A stretch of 64,000 nt of DNA from an uncultured Actinomycetes bacterium. Lineage in GTDB: Bacteria > SZUA-79 > Acidulodesulfobacterales > Acidulodesulfobacteraceae. Both the position numbers and the translations under genes were made by a program. Shown piece after piece: positions 39,192-50,612 of this stretch. Each line of letters opens with the position of its first letter. Within the stretch, counting starts at the first letter, position 1. The DNA is taken from the NCBI GenBank assembly GCA_964631685.1, contig CAZVZU010000007.1, positions 26,092 to 90,091 of the forward strand. The letters run 5' to 3'. A model generated the notes under the pieces. It did no database searches. It saw nothing but the letters and a program-made list of their open reading frames with translations, and had not been told where the DNA came from.

Positions 39192-39842
39192 ATGGATTTT
39201 AAAATTAGAAGGTTTTTTATCAAAGTAGCAAAGTATGCCATATCCGTGCTCATTATTGTTTCGTTCTTTATATTGATTTTAAATATTTTTATCAAGGTAA
39301 TGAGCCCTGCCAGCACTATTATGCTAAATATAGGGCATAATGACGAGACGAGTAGGCTACTTGATAAAAAGTCAATAAAGTATAGTTCCGCAAATAAAGG
39401 CAATAAAAAGTTAAATCTCCATAAATGGTCAAAACCAATTCGGTTAAAAGATCTTTTTAAGCCATCTTGCAATTTGTCCGATAGTAAAAAATTTAATTTA
39501 CCGTTTGTTCCGGTGCGCAAATATGGAACTATGTGGCAAAATAATCATGTAAAACCCGCACATGATTCTCCAAATGGAGTTTTTTCCGAAACTTACAATA
39601 AATCAGGCCGATATGTGCCTAATTTCGCCAAGGGCATGCGGCGTAAATTGGGTCCAAATGCATCCAATTTTTCTGTGCTGTTTGCAACAAATAAAATTGC
39701 CCTGGTCGAGATAGACGGAAAGAAATATTACGTGCGTCCTGGAATAAATATAAAAGGAAATTATATTTTGGGCGTAAGTTTATATGGCCTGAGGTATTCT
39801 TATGCCGGGAAAGTAAAAACAAAACATTTAAGTATTAATTAA
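39192..39842 (+). CDS. Hypothetical N-terminally anchored protein with GspC-HR/PilP-like C-terminal beta domain
   Basis: Starts 2 nt after the upstream stop. It has an N-terminal TM, and the C-terminus ALVEIDGKKYYVRPGINIKGNYILGVSLYGLRY follows the PilP/GspC pattern (value seen, G.Y.V..G..I....V..I). Confidence 0.42.
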   Translation: MDFKIRRFFIKVAKYAISVLIIVSFFILILNIFIKVMSPASTIMLNIGHNDETSRLLDKKSIKYSSANKGNKKLNLHKWSKPIRLKDLFKPSCNLSDSKKFNLPFVPVRKYGTMWQNNHVKPAHDSPNGVFSETYNKSGRYVPNFAKGMRRKLGPNASNFSVLFATNKIALVEIDGKKYYVRPGINIKGNYILGVSLYGLRYSYAGKVKTKHLSIN

Positions 39843-39936
39843 TTTTTTCAAAGCGGATATTGTTACTTTATTTTGGAATAGTTCGAATACACGCAAAAAA
39901 TTATTTCAATAATTATGATATAATAAAGGAGATTTA

Positions 39937-40320
39937 ATGGAACCTATAAAAAGAGCCAATGAAATCATGAAAACAATTTGGTCTATTTCGCCCGAAAAGT
40001 ATTTTGATACTAAATTTGAATATCAAGAGAGATTTTTCAACGAAAAATTTCATGGTTCTCAAATTCAGATTGATGACCTGTCCGAACAGAACAAGGCTGA
40101 ACATTTAGCATTAGACAAGAAGATTGATGACCTGTCCGAACAGAACAAGGCTGAACATTTAGCATTAGACAAGAAGATTGATGACCTGTCTGAACGGAAC
40201 AATACTGAACATGCCAATCTAGGAAAGAGAATTGATCGTAATTTTCAAATGACATTTTCTGTCCTTGGTTTAATCGTTGCCATGCTCGGCCTATTAGTTG
40301 CCCTACACTTTATCTCTTAA
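39937..40320 (+). CDS. Tail-anchored coiled-coil protein with 18-aa tandem repeats (DUF1640-like architecture)
   Basis: AGGAG RBS. IDDLSEQNKAEHLALDKK occurs twice exactly, with one diverged copy. The C-terminal TM is FSVLGLIVAMLGLLVALHFI. Confidence 0.6.
   Translation: MEPIKRANEIMKTIWSISPEKYFDTKFEYQERFFNEKFHGSQIQIDDLSEQNKAEHLALDKKIDDLSEQNKAEHLALDKKIDDLSERNNTEHANLGKRIDRNFQMTFSVLGLIVAMLGLLVALHFIS
40069..40230 (+). repeat. 54-bp tandem repeat, two identical copies plus one diverged copy, in-frame within the CDS
   Basis: 40069-40122 and 40123-40176 are identical base for base. 40177-40230 shares the first 14 nt and scattered positions after that. Confidence 0.95.
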
Positions 40321-40455
40321 TGTTTTAAAATGGACATTTTGTCTATGATGTAGAAGTGCTGTTCATGAAGTATGTTTTTTATCTCGAATTAATGTACGCA
40401 GTTTTGATAAGTTTATCGGAAATAAAAAAATCGGCAAAAGGGGGTCCGTATAAGA

Positions 40456-41136
40456 TTAAATCAGGGCAAGAGTGAGGGCATCTATTGAGATCAACTTTAA
40501 ATAGGATACGATGTTGGAATAGTAAATTACTTGGTTTTCTCCGGCATCAATATTAATGTCTCTACCTAGTATGTCTATCGAAAATTCATTTAATATCTTG
40601 TGACTTAATGATACGATTTTCTTTAATTTTGCTGTTATTATCCTTGTCGTGCTTGTATTATGATTTTTTTGAAAAAATATATCTATATTTTCTTTAAAAA
40701 AAGAACTTACCGTGAGGGCGAAGTCGGGAATATGACCTTGCTTGCTGAATATCGGATAATGATAAAGTTCATTAATATTGTAGTTTATCAATACTAACGA
40801 ATTACTTGTATTTTTTAATATGTTAGAGAACCTGATTAGTCGCATAACGTTTAAGATTAAATCTTCTGAATTGTCATCTTGTTGTTTTCTGAAGGACTGC
40901 CATATGGCGTTTTTAATGCTGATTTTGTTTCTGTACAATGTTAAAACAGAGCGGGTGAGTTCATTTATTTCATTAAATATTTCACTCGTTTCGTTGTGCA
41001 CCAAATCGTAAAAGTTCAACTCATGCGGCTTATAGTTATTAGAAATAAGCTCGCTCAGTGTCTCTTCTAAGTTCTGCTCAACGATGCTTGAGAATTCACT
41101 TACTTTAATTGATATTTCTTTTATTTTATGTATCAT
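40456..41136 (-). CDS. Hypothetical all-helical cytoplasmic protein, no family recognised
   Basis: A 226-aa ORF kept open in very AT-rich DNA, with no TM segment or motif I can name. A PhoU/DUF47-like helical repeat was considered but is not supported. Confidence 0.45.
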   Translation of the reverse strand: MIHKIKEISIKVSEFSSIVEQNLEETLSELISNNYKPHELNFYDLVHNETSEIFNEINELTRSVLTLYRNKISIKNAIWQSFRKQQDDNSEDLILNVMRLIRFSNILKNTSNSLVLINYNINELYHYPIFSKQGHIPDFALTVSSFFKENIDIFFQKNHNTSTTRIITAKLKKIVSLSHKILNEFSIDILGRDINIDAGENQVIYYSNIVSYLKLISIDALTLALI

Positions 41137-41200
41137 ATATAATTATACATAATTATTAATAATTATAAAATGATATTATTAGGTTTATAATTATTATTAT

Positions 41201-41277
41201 GTGTCCGTAGCTCATCTGGATAGAGTGCAGGACTCCGACTCCTGAGGTAGAGGGTTCGAATCCCTCCGGACACACCA
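41201..41277 (+). tRNA. tRNA-Arg (anticodon CCG)
   Basis: Acceptor GTGTCCG/CGGACAC, D arm GCTC-ATCTGGATA-GAGT, anticodon stem CAGGA/TCCTG with loop CTCCGAC, T arm GAGGG-TTCGAAT-CCCTC, encoded ACCA. Confidence 0.92.
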
Positions 41278-41389
41278 TAACTGCATTTAATAAATGTGCG
41301 TTGAACTGTTTAGTAGATTCGTCTATTTTAAATTGTGGTTCCGTAAATATTTCTTGCATTTTAGTCCGATATTATTTAAAATTTCTGTC

Positions 41390-41887
41390 ATGGATAAACA
41401 TGACGACCGGTTTGTTGTGAAAATAGATCAAGTAATGTCATCGAATAATCTTTATAATAAAAAAAACAACAGTACAAGGGATTATACCGTTGAAATAGAA
41501 GGCTCTCAAGATGGCGCTGGTGAAGAGCCGTTTTTAAGCACAAGAAACAATAAAGATGATTCAGCTTCACAAGGCAATACTTTTTTTTTGGGGGAGGATA
41601 AAAATTATAAAATTCGCAGAATAGAGATAGCACCGAAGGGCATTATTAAGCTTCACAAGCATTTCCACAAAAATGAATTTTTATATGTTTTAAACGGTAC
41701 TGCAATTATTCGTAACGAATCTCAACCTACAAACCTCCTCGTTAATGAATTTATAAATATCCCTAAACTTTCTCCGCATAGCATCGAGAATCAGGGAGTT
41801 ATCAACCTAATACTTTTGGAAATTCAAAATGGTGAGTATCTGGGTGACGACGATATCCTAATTATGCAGGATAATGTCTTATTGTAA
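41390..41887 (+). CDS. Cupin-domain protein, mannose-6-phosphate isomerase type II C-terminal-like
   Basis: KLHKHFHKNEFLYVLNGTAII...IPKLSPHSIENQG...LLEIQNGEYLGDDDI matches the ManC-type cupin pattern. ATG 41390 was chosen because the track start at 41294 sits just downstream of tRNA-Arg (41201..41277) and only adds a hydrophobic, unconserved extension. Confidence 0.7.
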   Translation: MDKHDDRFVVKIDQVMSSNNLYNKKNNSTRDYTVEIEGSQDGAGEEPFLSTRNNKDDSASQGNTFFLGEDKNYKIRRIEIAPKGIIKLHKHFHKNEFLYVLNGTAIIRNESQPTNLLVNEFINIPKLSPHSIENQGVINLILLEIQNGEYLGDDDILIMQDNVLL

Positions 41888-41957
41888 GCTGTCTTGTTGC
41901 CCTCTTTGTTTAACATTATCAATGCGTACGTAACGTAATAAAAATAATAACAATAAA

Positions 41958-43463
41958 ATGATTTCGGTTCCAATATCCATTAATTTCGGCACAGATGGCT
42001 TCAGAGGCATTATAGGGGATAATTTTACATTTGAGGTCGTTAATCGTATAAGTTTATCTTTAGGACGATACATAAGAAACAATGCTACAAAACCTATCGC
42101 GGTCACAATGAACGACTGTACCGTCGCGATAGGATATGATACGCGATTTTTATCGGGAGAGTTTGCGTTTGTTGCGGCAGAGGCCCTTGCTTCTATGGGC
42201 ATAAAAGTTGTGTTGAGCGATCATTTTTGTCCTTCCCCCGTTTTATCTTATTTTGTTAAGAATCATTTGTGTAGTTTAGGCATGATGATAACCGCAAGTC
42301 ATAATCCGTACATGTTTAATGGCATTAAATTTAAAAGTGCCTTCGGAAGTTCTATGCTTGAAGCCGACGTTAAAGAGATAGAAATTATTGCCAATAGTTC
42401 TAACTTCAATAAGGAAACTCGGCATGAAGGTTATTATATTGCCCCTGATAGACTTGATTCTGGCAATAATTTTGAATACATTGATTTTAAAAATAACTAT
42501 ATAAAACACGTGATACGTTACGTCGAGTTTGATACCGTCGTAAGTAATGCAGGCAAAGATTTATTAAATAAACTGGAAATTACGATTGATCCTATGTTTG
42601 GTGCTGGTATCGGATATCTATCGAGCATACTGGAGAGATTCTCTATTAAACATAATTCTATAAACGATAATGTCAACCCATTGTTTCCCGGCTTGAATCC
42701 GGAGCCTATTGATAAAAATTTGTCTAAATTAAAATTGTCCGTAAAAGAAAAGGGTATGAAAAATAAATTTGCGGTTGGTTTTGCTACGGATGGGGATGCC
42801 GATAGAATAGGCGCCGTAGATTTCGAAGGTAATTTTATTGATTCGCATAAAATTTTTTCTATTATCCTTAATTTTCTTGTTGAGGAAGGACATTCAGGGA
42901 GCGTAGTTAAAACCGTTTCCGTATCCAAATCCATCGACGATATCTGTAAAAAATATAATTTAAAGTTATTTGAAGTGCCGATCGGCTTTAAAAATATAGC
43001 TAAGCTTATGATAGATATGTCTAATGATGTGTTTATAGGAGGAGAAGAGTCCGGGGGAATAGGTATTTCCTCCCATTTGCCAGAGAGAGATGGTACACTT
43101 ATAGCCTTAATGATATTGAAGATTATGATTGTTCGTCAAAAAACATTGAACGAGCTTTTGTTCGATATTTTCAATGGGACTTATCCATATGTGTATAAAC
43201 GGGAAGATCTATATTTGCACAAAGAAAAAAAAGAACTTTTGATTAAAAATTTAAAAAATAACAGTTTTAAAATACCCATGAAAGAAGACGTAATTTCTAC
43301 TAATTTTACAGATGGGTTTAAATTTGAGTATAAAGACAACTCATGGCTTTTAATACGTCCATCTGGAACAGAATCACTCCTTAGGATTTACTCAGAAAGT
43401 AAGGACAAAAATAAAGCAAGTGAGTTAATAGGTAGCGTAAAGGATGAGATATGCAATTTTTAA
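41958..43463 (+). CDS. Phosphoglucomutase/phosphomannomutase family protein
   Basis: Active-site TASHNPYMFNGIKF, metal loop FATDGDADRIGAVD, sugar loop GGEESGG, and the phosphate-binding region RPSGTESLLRIY. Confidence 0.9.
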   Translation: MISVPISINFGTDGFRGIIGDNFTFEVVNRISLSLGRYIRNNATKPIAVTMNDCTVAIGYDTRFLSGEFAFVAAEALASMGIKVVLSDHFCPSPVLSYFVKNHLCSLGMMITASHNPYMFNGIKFKSAFGSSMLEADVKEIEIIANSSNFNKETRHEGYYIAPDRLDSGNNFEYIDFKNNYIKHVIRYVEFDTVVSNAGKDLLNKLEITIDPMFGAGIGYLSSILERFSIKHNSINDNVNPLFPGLNPEPIDKNLSKLKLSVKEKGMKNKFAVGFATDGDADRIGAVDFEGNFIDSHKIFSIILNFLVEEGHSGSVVKTVSVSKSIDDICKKYNLKLFEVPIGFKNIAKLMIDMSNDVFIGGEESGGIGISSHLPERDGTLIALMILKIMIVRQKTLNELLFDIFNGTYPYVYKREDLYLHKEKKELLIKNLKNNSFKIPMKEDVISTNFTDGFKFEYKDNSWLLIRPSGTESLLRIYSESKDKNKASELIGSVKDEICNF

Positions 43464-43579
43464 AAAAGAAGATTTCTGTTTTTAAAATATACATAAAATG
43501 ATATAATGGGTTGCTGTGGCTGTCTATGTGGGATAGTTGCAACTATTACAAATCTAAATAAATTTGAGGGCTGTTGATA

Positions 43580-44881
43580 ATGAGTGAAATTATTGATGTG
43601 AGGGGCAGGCAGATATTGGATTCAAGAGGGAATCCTACCGTTAGTGCAAAAGTGTCGCTAGAGAGTGGCATAAGTGGTGTTGCCTGTGTGCCATCCGGGG
43701 CTTCAACCGGCGAATATGAGGCTTATGAAAAAAGAGATAACGACAGTTCGGTCTATGGCGGAAAATCGGTACATTCTGCAGTAGAGGGAATAAATGATAT
43801 TATAGCAAAATCTTTAAACGGGATAGATAGTTATTCGCAGCGACTTGTGGATGATATAATGATGAACCTTGATGGTACTCAAAATAAATCCAATTTGGGA
43901 GCCAATGCAATTTTGGCGGTATCGCTAGCAACAGCCGTGGCTTCCGCGAATGAGTTGGAGATTCCGATTTACCGTTACTTGGGTGGGGTTAATGCACGTG
44001 TTTTACCCGTTCCTATGATGAATATATTGAATGGCGGAAAACACGCAAATAATATGCTTGATTTTCAAGAGTTTATGATTGTTCCAGCCGGTGCAAAATC
44101 TTTTGAAGAAGCCTTGAGAATGGGAGCGGAGGTCTATCATGAGCTAAAAAAGGTGTTGAGTGGCAGGAATATGTCTACCTGCGTCGGTGACGAGGGCGGA
44201 TTCGCACCGCATCTTCAAAACAACATGGAAGCAATAGTCTTAATAATGGAAGCGATAGAAAAGGCGAGATACCAACCTGGAAGAGATATCTTTATTGCCA
44301 TTGATCCTGCGGCAAGTGAGTTTTATGTTAATGGTAAATATGTTTTAAAAGAGGCAGGAAAGGAGACAATATTGGATGCGGACGAGATGGTTGCGATGTA
44401 TGCCGGATACGTTGAAAGGTTTCCAATTATATCCATAGAAGACGGCATGGCAGAGGATGATTTCAACGGTTTTTCCCTATTACTTAAAGAACTAGGTGAT
44501 AAGATTCAGATAATCGGGGACGATTTGACCGTCACAGACACAACTCGCATAATGAAGGCTGTTGATTCGCATTCAATCAATTCTGTTTTAATTAAGCTTA
44601 ATCAAATAGGTACGTTATCCCAGACATTGGATGCAATTGAATTGACTCAAAGAAATAATATGAGCGCTTTAATATCGCACCGCTCAGGGGAAACAGAGGA
44701 TACGTTTATAGCAGATTTATCCGTTTCTACTAACACGGGTTTAATTAAAACCGGTGCTCCTGCACGTTCCGAGCGAGTGGCAAAGTACAATAGGCTTTTG
44801 CAGATAGAGGAAGAATTAGGTTCAAATTCTTCATATTTAGGGCTTAAGGCGTTTAAGGGCGCAGGAAGTCGTTTGAGTTAG
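43580..44881 (+). CDS. eno: Enolase
   Basis: [10 protein letters not shown], the family core motif [20 protein letters not shown] and [19 protein letters not shown] 43580 is preferred over TTG 43574. Confidence 0.97.
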   Translation: MSEIIDVRGRQILDSRGNPTVSAKVSLESGISGVACVPSGASTGEYEAYEKRDNDSSVYGGKSVHSAVEGINDIIAKSLNGIDSYSQRLVDDIMMNLDGTQNKSNLGANAILAVSLATAVASANELEIPIYRYLGGVNARVLPVPMMNILNGGKHANNMLDFQEFMIVPAGAKSFEEALRMGAEVYHELKKVLSGRNMSTCVGDEGGFAPHLQNNMEAIVLIMEAIEKARYQPGRDIFIAIDPAASEFYVNGKYVLKEAGKETILDADEMVAMYAGYVERFPIISIEDGMAEDDFNGFSLLLKELGDKIQIIGDDLTVTDTTRIMKAVDSHSINSVLIKLNQIGTLSQTLDAIELTQRNNMSALISHRSGETEDTFIADLSVSTNTGLIKTGAPARSERVAKYNRLLQIEEELGSNSSYLGLKAFKGAGSRLS

Positions 44882-44927
44882 GCAAATATAGTTATAAATT
44901 AATATCAAATAAACACAAAAAACTTAA

Positions 44928-45206
<279 letters not shown>

Positions 45207-45247
45207 TCTATTCGAATTTATCTAAATCTTAATCGCGGGGCCAATAA

Positions 45248-45943
45248 GTGTCAATAGGCAAAGAAGATATCAAGGAATATGAATCCCATTATGAGTTAAA
45301 TGCGCTGAATAAAACAGAACCGTGGCGTTTATTTAGGATTATGGGGGAATTTGTCGATGGATTCGATATCTTGCCGACACTGACCCCTGCGATAACTATT
45401 TATGGAAGTGCCAGGGTAGAAGAAAACAGCGATGTTTACCAGAAAACTAAGGAAATTGCATATAGGTTGGCCTTGAGAGGTTTCTCTATCATTTCTGGTG
45501 GTGGGCAAGGAGTTATGGAAGCCGCAAATAGGGGATGCAGAGAAGCAAAGGAACAGCATAATTTGAATGTGAGTTCTGCGGGGCTTAACATTAAGCTACC
45601 ACGAGAACAAGTGGTTAACAAATATGCAGATGTTACGCTTGAATTCAGGTATTTTTTCGTAAGGAAGGTTATGCTTGTGAGATATGCTTCCGCCTATATC
45701 ATGATGCCCGGAGGTTTTGGAACACTCGATGAGCTTTTTGAGACCGTAGAATTAATTCAAACCAACAAGACAAGACCATTCCCTGTTGTTTTATATGGTT
45801 CAAGTTATTGGAGCGGACTTCTTGATTGGATCAAAAACTACACACTTGCCAATTCTTACATTTCGGAGAAAGATTTTGAAATACTCAAGGTTATGGACAA
45901 TGTCGACGATATAGTCAAGTATGTAACATCCTTTAACTTGTAA
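45248..45943 (+). CDS. LOG family protein (TIGR00730; cytokinin riboside 5'-monophosphate phosphoribohydrolase-like)
   Basis: [13 protein letters not shown] and [12 protein letters not shown] signature motifs. Confidence 0.85.
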   Translation: MSIGKEDIKEYESHYELNALNKTEPWRLFRIMGEFVDGFDILPTLTPAITIYGSARVEENSDVYQKTKEIAYRLALRGFSIISGGGQGVMEAANRGCREAKEQHNLNVSSAGLNIKLPREQVVNKYADVTLEFRYFFVRKVMLVRYASAYIMMPGGFGTLDELFETVELIQTNKTRPFPVVLYGSSYWSGLLDWIKNYTLANSYISEKDFEILKVMDNVDDIVKYVTSFNL

Positions 45944-45956
45944 CGGTTCTAAAATA

Positions 45957-46505
45957 ATGATTAAAAATGATAAATGGATAGAAAAAATGGCTAAAGAGTT
46001 TGATATGATTAGCCCTTATGAAAACTCCCAAGTCAGAGAAGGTGTCATATCTTACGGGGTTTCCTCTTACGGTTACGATTTGAGAATATCAAGTGAATTC
46101 AAGATATTCACCAATATAAACAATAGCATCATAGATCCAAAAAAGTTTAGTGCCAAGTCCTTTGTCGATTTAGTGGCCGATGAATGCATTATCCCTCCTA
46201 ATTCCTTTGTCTTAGGAAGATCGGTCGAATATTTTAAGATTCCAAGGAATGTCGTTACTATTTGCATCGGAAAATCGACTTACGCAAGGTGTGGGATAGT
46301 GGTTAATGTTACGCCGTTTGAACCGGAATGGGAAGGATTTGTTACCCTAGAAATTTCTAATACTACGCCCCTTCCCGCAAAGATTTACGCCAATGAGGGG
46401 ATAGCGCAGGTTCTTTTTTTTGAAGGAGAGGAGCCTAAGATATCTTACAAGGATAAACATGGTAAATATCAGGCTCAGGTTGGCATAACCCTTCCGCGTT
46501 TATAA
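45957..46505 (+). CDS. dcd: dCTP deaminase
   Basis: [37 protein letters not shown] and [12 protein letters not shown]. Confidence 0.92.
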   Translation: MIKNDKWIEKMAKEFDMISPYENSQVREGVISYGVSSYGYDLRISSEFKIFTNINNSIIDPKKFSAKSFVDLVADECIIPPNSFVLGRSVEYFKIPRNVVTICIGKSTYARCGIVVNVTPFEPEWEGFVTLEISNTTPLPAKIYANEGIAQVLFFEGEEPKISYKDKHGKYQAQVGITLPRL

Positions 46506-46520
46506 TTCTATATGGTATAG

Positions 46521-47315
46521 CTATTTTATTATCCTTTTTCTGATGAAAAAAATAGCAGAATAAAAGAATAAAAGAATAAAAGCTATCATGATACCGGAAT
46601 AGGCAAATACCATAGGGTGGAGCTTACCTTCGCCAAGGAGTCTTATCGCACTGACGGTGTAGTAAAGCGGCATAATGTAAATAAAATATTTTACAAAATG
46701 AGGAAGAGAAGAAACGGGATAAAAGACTCCGGAAAAAAGGAACATGGTTGATATTGCAATCGTGAAATAGTACGAAAAGAAATCGTAAGAGGGCGAAAAT
46801 GAGGTTATTAGAAGGGACAAAGATGAAAACAGCAGTCCGTTTAGCAGTATAATTACGAGAATCAGTAACGCTAGGGGAGTCATTATCCAGCCAAAAATTA
46901 TCCCTATTACTAAAACTGCAGTACCACTTATAAATGCTTTGGCTGTTCCCCATAGAATCTCACCCAGAACAATATCTTCTATGCTCACGGGAGTAAGAAG
47001 GATAGCCTCATATATTCCATTTGTAACCATTCTGGTATACGCTCCGAACGTCGATTCGAATGCTGCCGCATACATTGATGATGATGCTATTATTCCAGGC
47101 ACGATATACTCAACATAAGTTATGCCGTCTATGTGATGTATAAATTTTCCTATGCCAAACCCAAGCGCTGCTAAATACAAGAGGGGCTCGAGTATATTGC
47201 CTATTAGACTCGGTTTGTAATATCGCAACCACACCACAAGGTTTCTATAAAAAACGGTAAGGGACTTTAAGCTTAGATTGGCGTTTATATTATTTATTGT
47301 GTGTATTAATTTCAC
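46521..47315 (-). CDS. ABC-2 type transporter permease
   Basis: A 264-aa protein with about 6 TMS, directly abutting the upstream ATPase gene (stop 47316, start 47315). Confidence 0.8.
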   Translation of the reverse strand: MKLIHTINNINANLSLKSLTVFYRNLVVWLRYYKPSLIGNILEPLLYLAALGFGIGKFIHHIDGITYVEYIVPGIIASSSMYAAAFESTFGAYTRMVTNGIYEAILLTPVSIEDIVLGEILWGTAKAFISGTAVLVIGIIFGWIMTPLALLILVIILLNGLLFSSLSLLITSFSPSYDFFSYYFTIAISTMFLFSGVFYPVSSLPHFVKYFIYIMPLYYTVSAIRLLGEGKLHPMVFAYSGIMIAFILLFFYSAIFFIRKRIIK

Positions 47316-48038
47316 TTATGTTTTGGCTATATCGAGGAATATTTCCTCTAAAGTTTTTTTATTCAAGGTAATATCGCTTATCTTTCCGTTTTTAACTATA
47401 CGTCCGTGGTTTAGTATTATCATATTCTTAAACAATTTTTCCGCTTCCTCCATATAATGTGTGGACATCAGTATGGTAATCCCGCTTTTGTTCAAAAGTT
47501 GTAACTTATTCCAAATATTTTGCCGGTATTCAGGGTCAAGTCCGACCGTCGGTTCGTCTAATATAATTAAATCGGGATCGTTTATTAATGACCTTGCTAT
47601 CGTAACGCGCCTCCTTAAGCCTCCCGACAAACTTGATACCTTAGAATATTTTTTTTCATTCAAGTTAAAAAAATCCAGAAGTTCATTTGATTTTTCTGCT
47701 GATTTTTTTCTATGGATACCAAAGTACATAGAATATATCGTTAAATTTTCTAACACACTCAAATCCTCGTCTAAATTGTCATCTTGAGGAACAATCCCAA
47801 GATTATATTTAATTTTTCTATAGTCGTATTTTAGATCTAAATTTTGAATGTGTATAGAGCCCGATGTAGGAGTTACGAGATGATAAAGTATTTTTAAAAG
47901 GGTTGATTTTCCCGCACCATTCGGTCCGATAAGTCCAAAAAAATCTCCGGGTTTTACGTTGAATGTGATATCGTTAAGTGCAGTAAAATTATTAAACATT
48001 TTGTTTAAATTTTTTACCGTTACGATATAATTTTGCAT
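47316..48038 (-). CDS. ABC transporter ATP-binding protein
   Basis: Walker A GPNGAGKST, signature LSGGLRRR, Walker B LIILDEPT. The start was set at ATG 48038, which follows GGAGAGGG. The longer track ORF adds an implausible N-terminus. Confidence 0.9.
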   Translation of the reverse strand: MQNYIVTVKNLNKMFNNFTALNDITFNVKPGDFFGLIGPNGAGKSTLLKILYHLVTPTSGSIHIQNLDLKYDYRKIKYNLGIVPQDDNLDEDLSVLENLTIYSMYFGIHRKKSAEKSNELLDFFNLNEKKYSKVSSLSGGLRRRVTIARSLINDPDLIILDEPTVGLDPEYRQNIWNKLQLLNKSGITILMSTHYMEEAEKLFKNMIILNHGRIVKNGKISDITLNKKTLEEIFLDIAKT

Positions 48039-48309
48039 TCCCTCTCCCTTGCAGCATATATACCGCATATCGATAAAATGCGGATGATACCTTATTATAT
48101 AATTATTAAGCATAAAAATAAATGTGATAGACATACATATGAAATTATTATAATAATTTTTAAAACGAAGATAGAATTAAAAATATGAAAATAGTTGAAA
48201 TTTAAAGAAATTTTCAGTAATATAAATAGATTTAAAGAAAAAGACAAATATATCTATTTATACGCAATAATTAGCCGTATTAACCATAGAATTTAATAAA
48301 TTTGCGCAA

Positions 48310-48338
48310 TTGTTTTTTTAAAAACATAAGTGTATCAT
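48310..48338 (+). promoter_or_regulatory. Candidate sigma-70 promoter of groES-groEL (TTGTTT-N17-TATCAT)
   Basis: The hexamers have 17-nt spacing and end 9 nt before the CIRCE element, which is the classical arrangement. Confidence 0.45.
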
Positions 48339-48347
48339 AAAAAGCGA

Positions 48348-48374
48348 TTAGCACTTAGGGGGTTGAAGTGCTAA
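48348..48374 (+). promoter_or_regulatory. CIRCE operator (HrcA binding site)
   Basis: TTAGCACTT-N9-AAGTGCTAA versus the consensus TTAGCACTC-N9-GAGTGCTAA. It lies 63 nt upstream of groES. Confidence 0.88.
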
Positions 48375-48436
48375 AATTAGACAAGATAATTTAAGATTAA
48401 TGAAAAAATTTAAACAATCAATAAAGGAGGTTATCT

Positions 48437-48727
48437 ATGAAAGTTAAGCCATTACAAGACAGAATTTTAGTTTCAAGACTAAAGGGAGAAGAAAAAACCA
48501 AGGGAGGGTTATTTATTCCCGATTCCGCAAAGGAGAAGCCGATGCAGGGAGAAGTTGTAGCAGCCGGCGGCGGTAGAATCACTGAGGACGGAAAGAAGAT
48601 TCCTATGGATGTTAAGGTCGGAGATATAGTTTTATTTGCTAAATATTCCGGCAACGAGGTGAAAATAGACGATAAAGAGTATCTTATCATGAAGGAAGAT
48701 GATGTTTTAGCTGTTGTAGAAAAGTAA
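48437..48727 (+). CDS. groES: Co-chaperonin GroES
   Basis: [22 protein letters not shown], and a 96-aa length. AGGAGG RBS. Confidence 0.97.
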   Translation: MKVKPLQDRILVSRLKGEEKTKGGLFIPDSAKEKPMQGEVVAAGGGRITEDGKKIPMDVKVGDIVLFAKYSGNEVKIDDKEYLIMKEDDVLAVVEK

Positions 48728-48772
48728 AAATAATAAAAACTTTCAAGGTTGAAACTACTATTAATTAAATAA

Positions 48773-50449
<1,677 letters not shown>

Positions 50450-50516
50450 TAGCAAGTAAGCAGATTTAATAATTTATCTAATTCCTGTCTACAAGACGGG
50501 GAATTCGTATCAGTTA

Positions 50517-50570
50517 CAAATGCCGAAAACGCGGGGGAGTATTTCTTGCTTTTCGGCATTTGTATTTTGT
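50517..50570 (+). terminator. Stem-loop with T-rich tail downstream of groEL
   Basis: CAAATGCCGAAAA ... TTTTCGGCATTTG (13 bp, about 20-nt loop) followed by TATTTTGT. Confidence 0.55.
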
Positions 50571-50574
50571 GATA

Positions 50575-50603
50575 TTGACTTTTTTTTCGTAATAGTTTAG
50601 AAT
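50575..50603 (+). promoter_or_regulatory. Candidate sigma-70 promoter (TTGACT-N17-TAGAAT) immediately upstream of moaB
   Basis: Good hexamers with 17-nt spacing. The -10 element ends only 9 nt before ATG 50613. Confidence 0.35.
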
Positions 50604-50612
50604 TCAACTATT

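Noticed and set aside
40069-40230. Direct repeats could be a mini CRISPR array.
   Set aside because: The units are contiguous with no spacers, in frame within a CDS, and translate to a coiled-coil repeat.
29884-41277. The pilus/secretion operon and two orphan genes are bracketed by two tRNA-Arg genes, which suggested a tRNA-targeted genomic island.
   Set aside because: Both tRNAs point away from the segment, so their 3' ends (the usual integration sites) face outward. I found no integrase and no partial tRNA direct repeat. Lower GC alone is not enough.
41156-41359. A 67-aa minus-strand ORF.
   Set aside because: It overlaps tRNA-Arg(CCG), and its peptide (…PEGFEPSTSGV…) is the tRNA T arm translated.
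47316-48134. The 272-aa version of the ABC ATPase with the N-terminal extension MSITFIFMLNNYIIRYHPHFIDMRYICCKGEG.
   Set aside because: The conserved domain starts at MQNYIVTVKNL, and that ATG (48038) is preceded by GGAGAGGG. The extension has no counterpart in the family.
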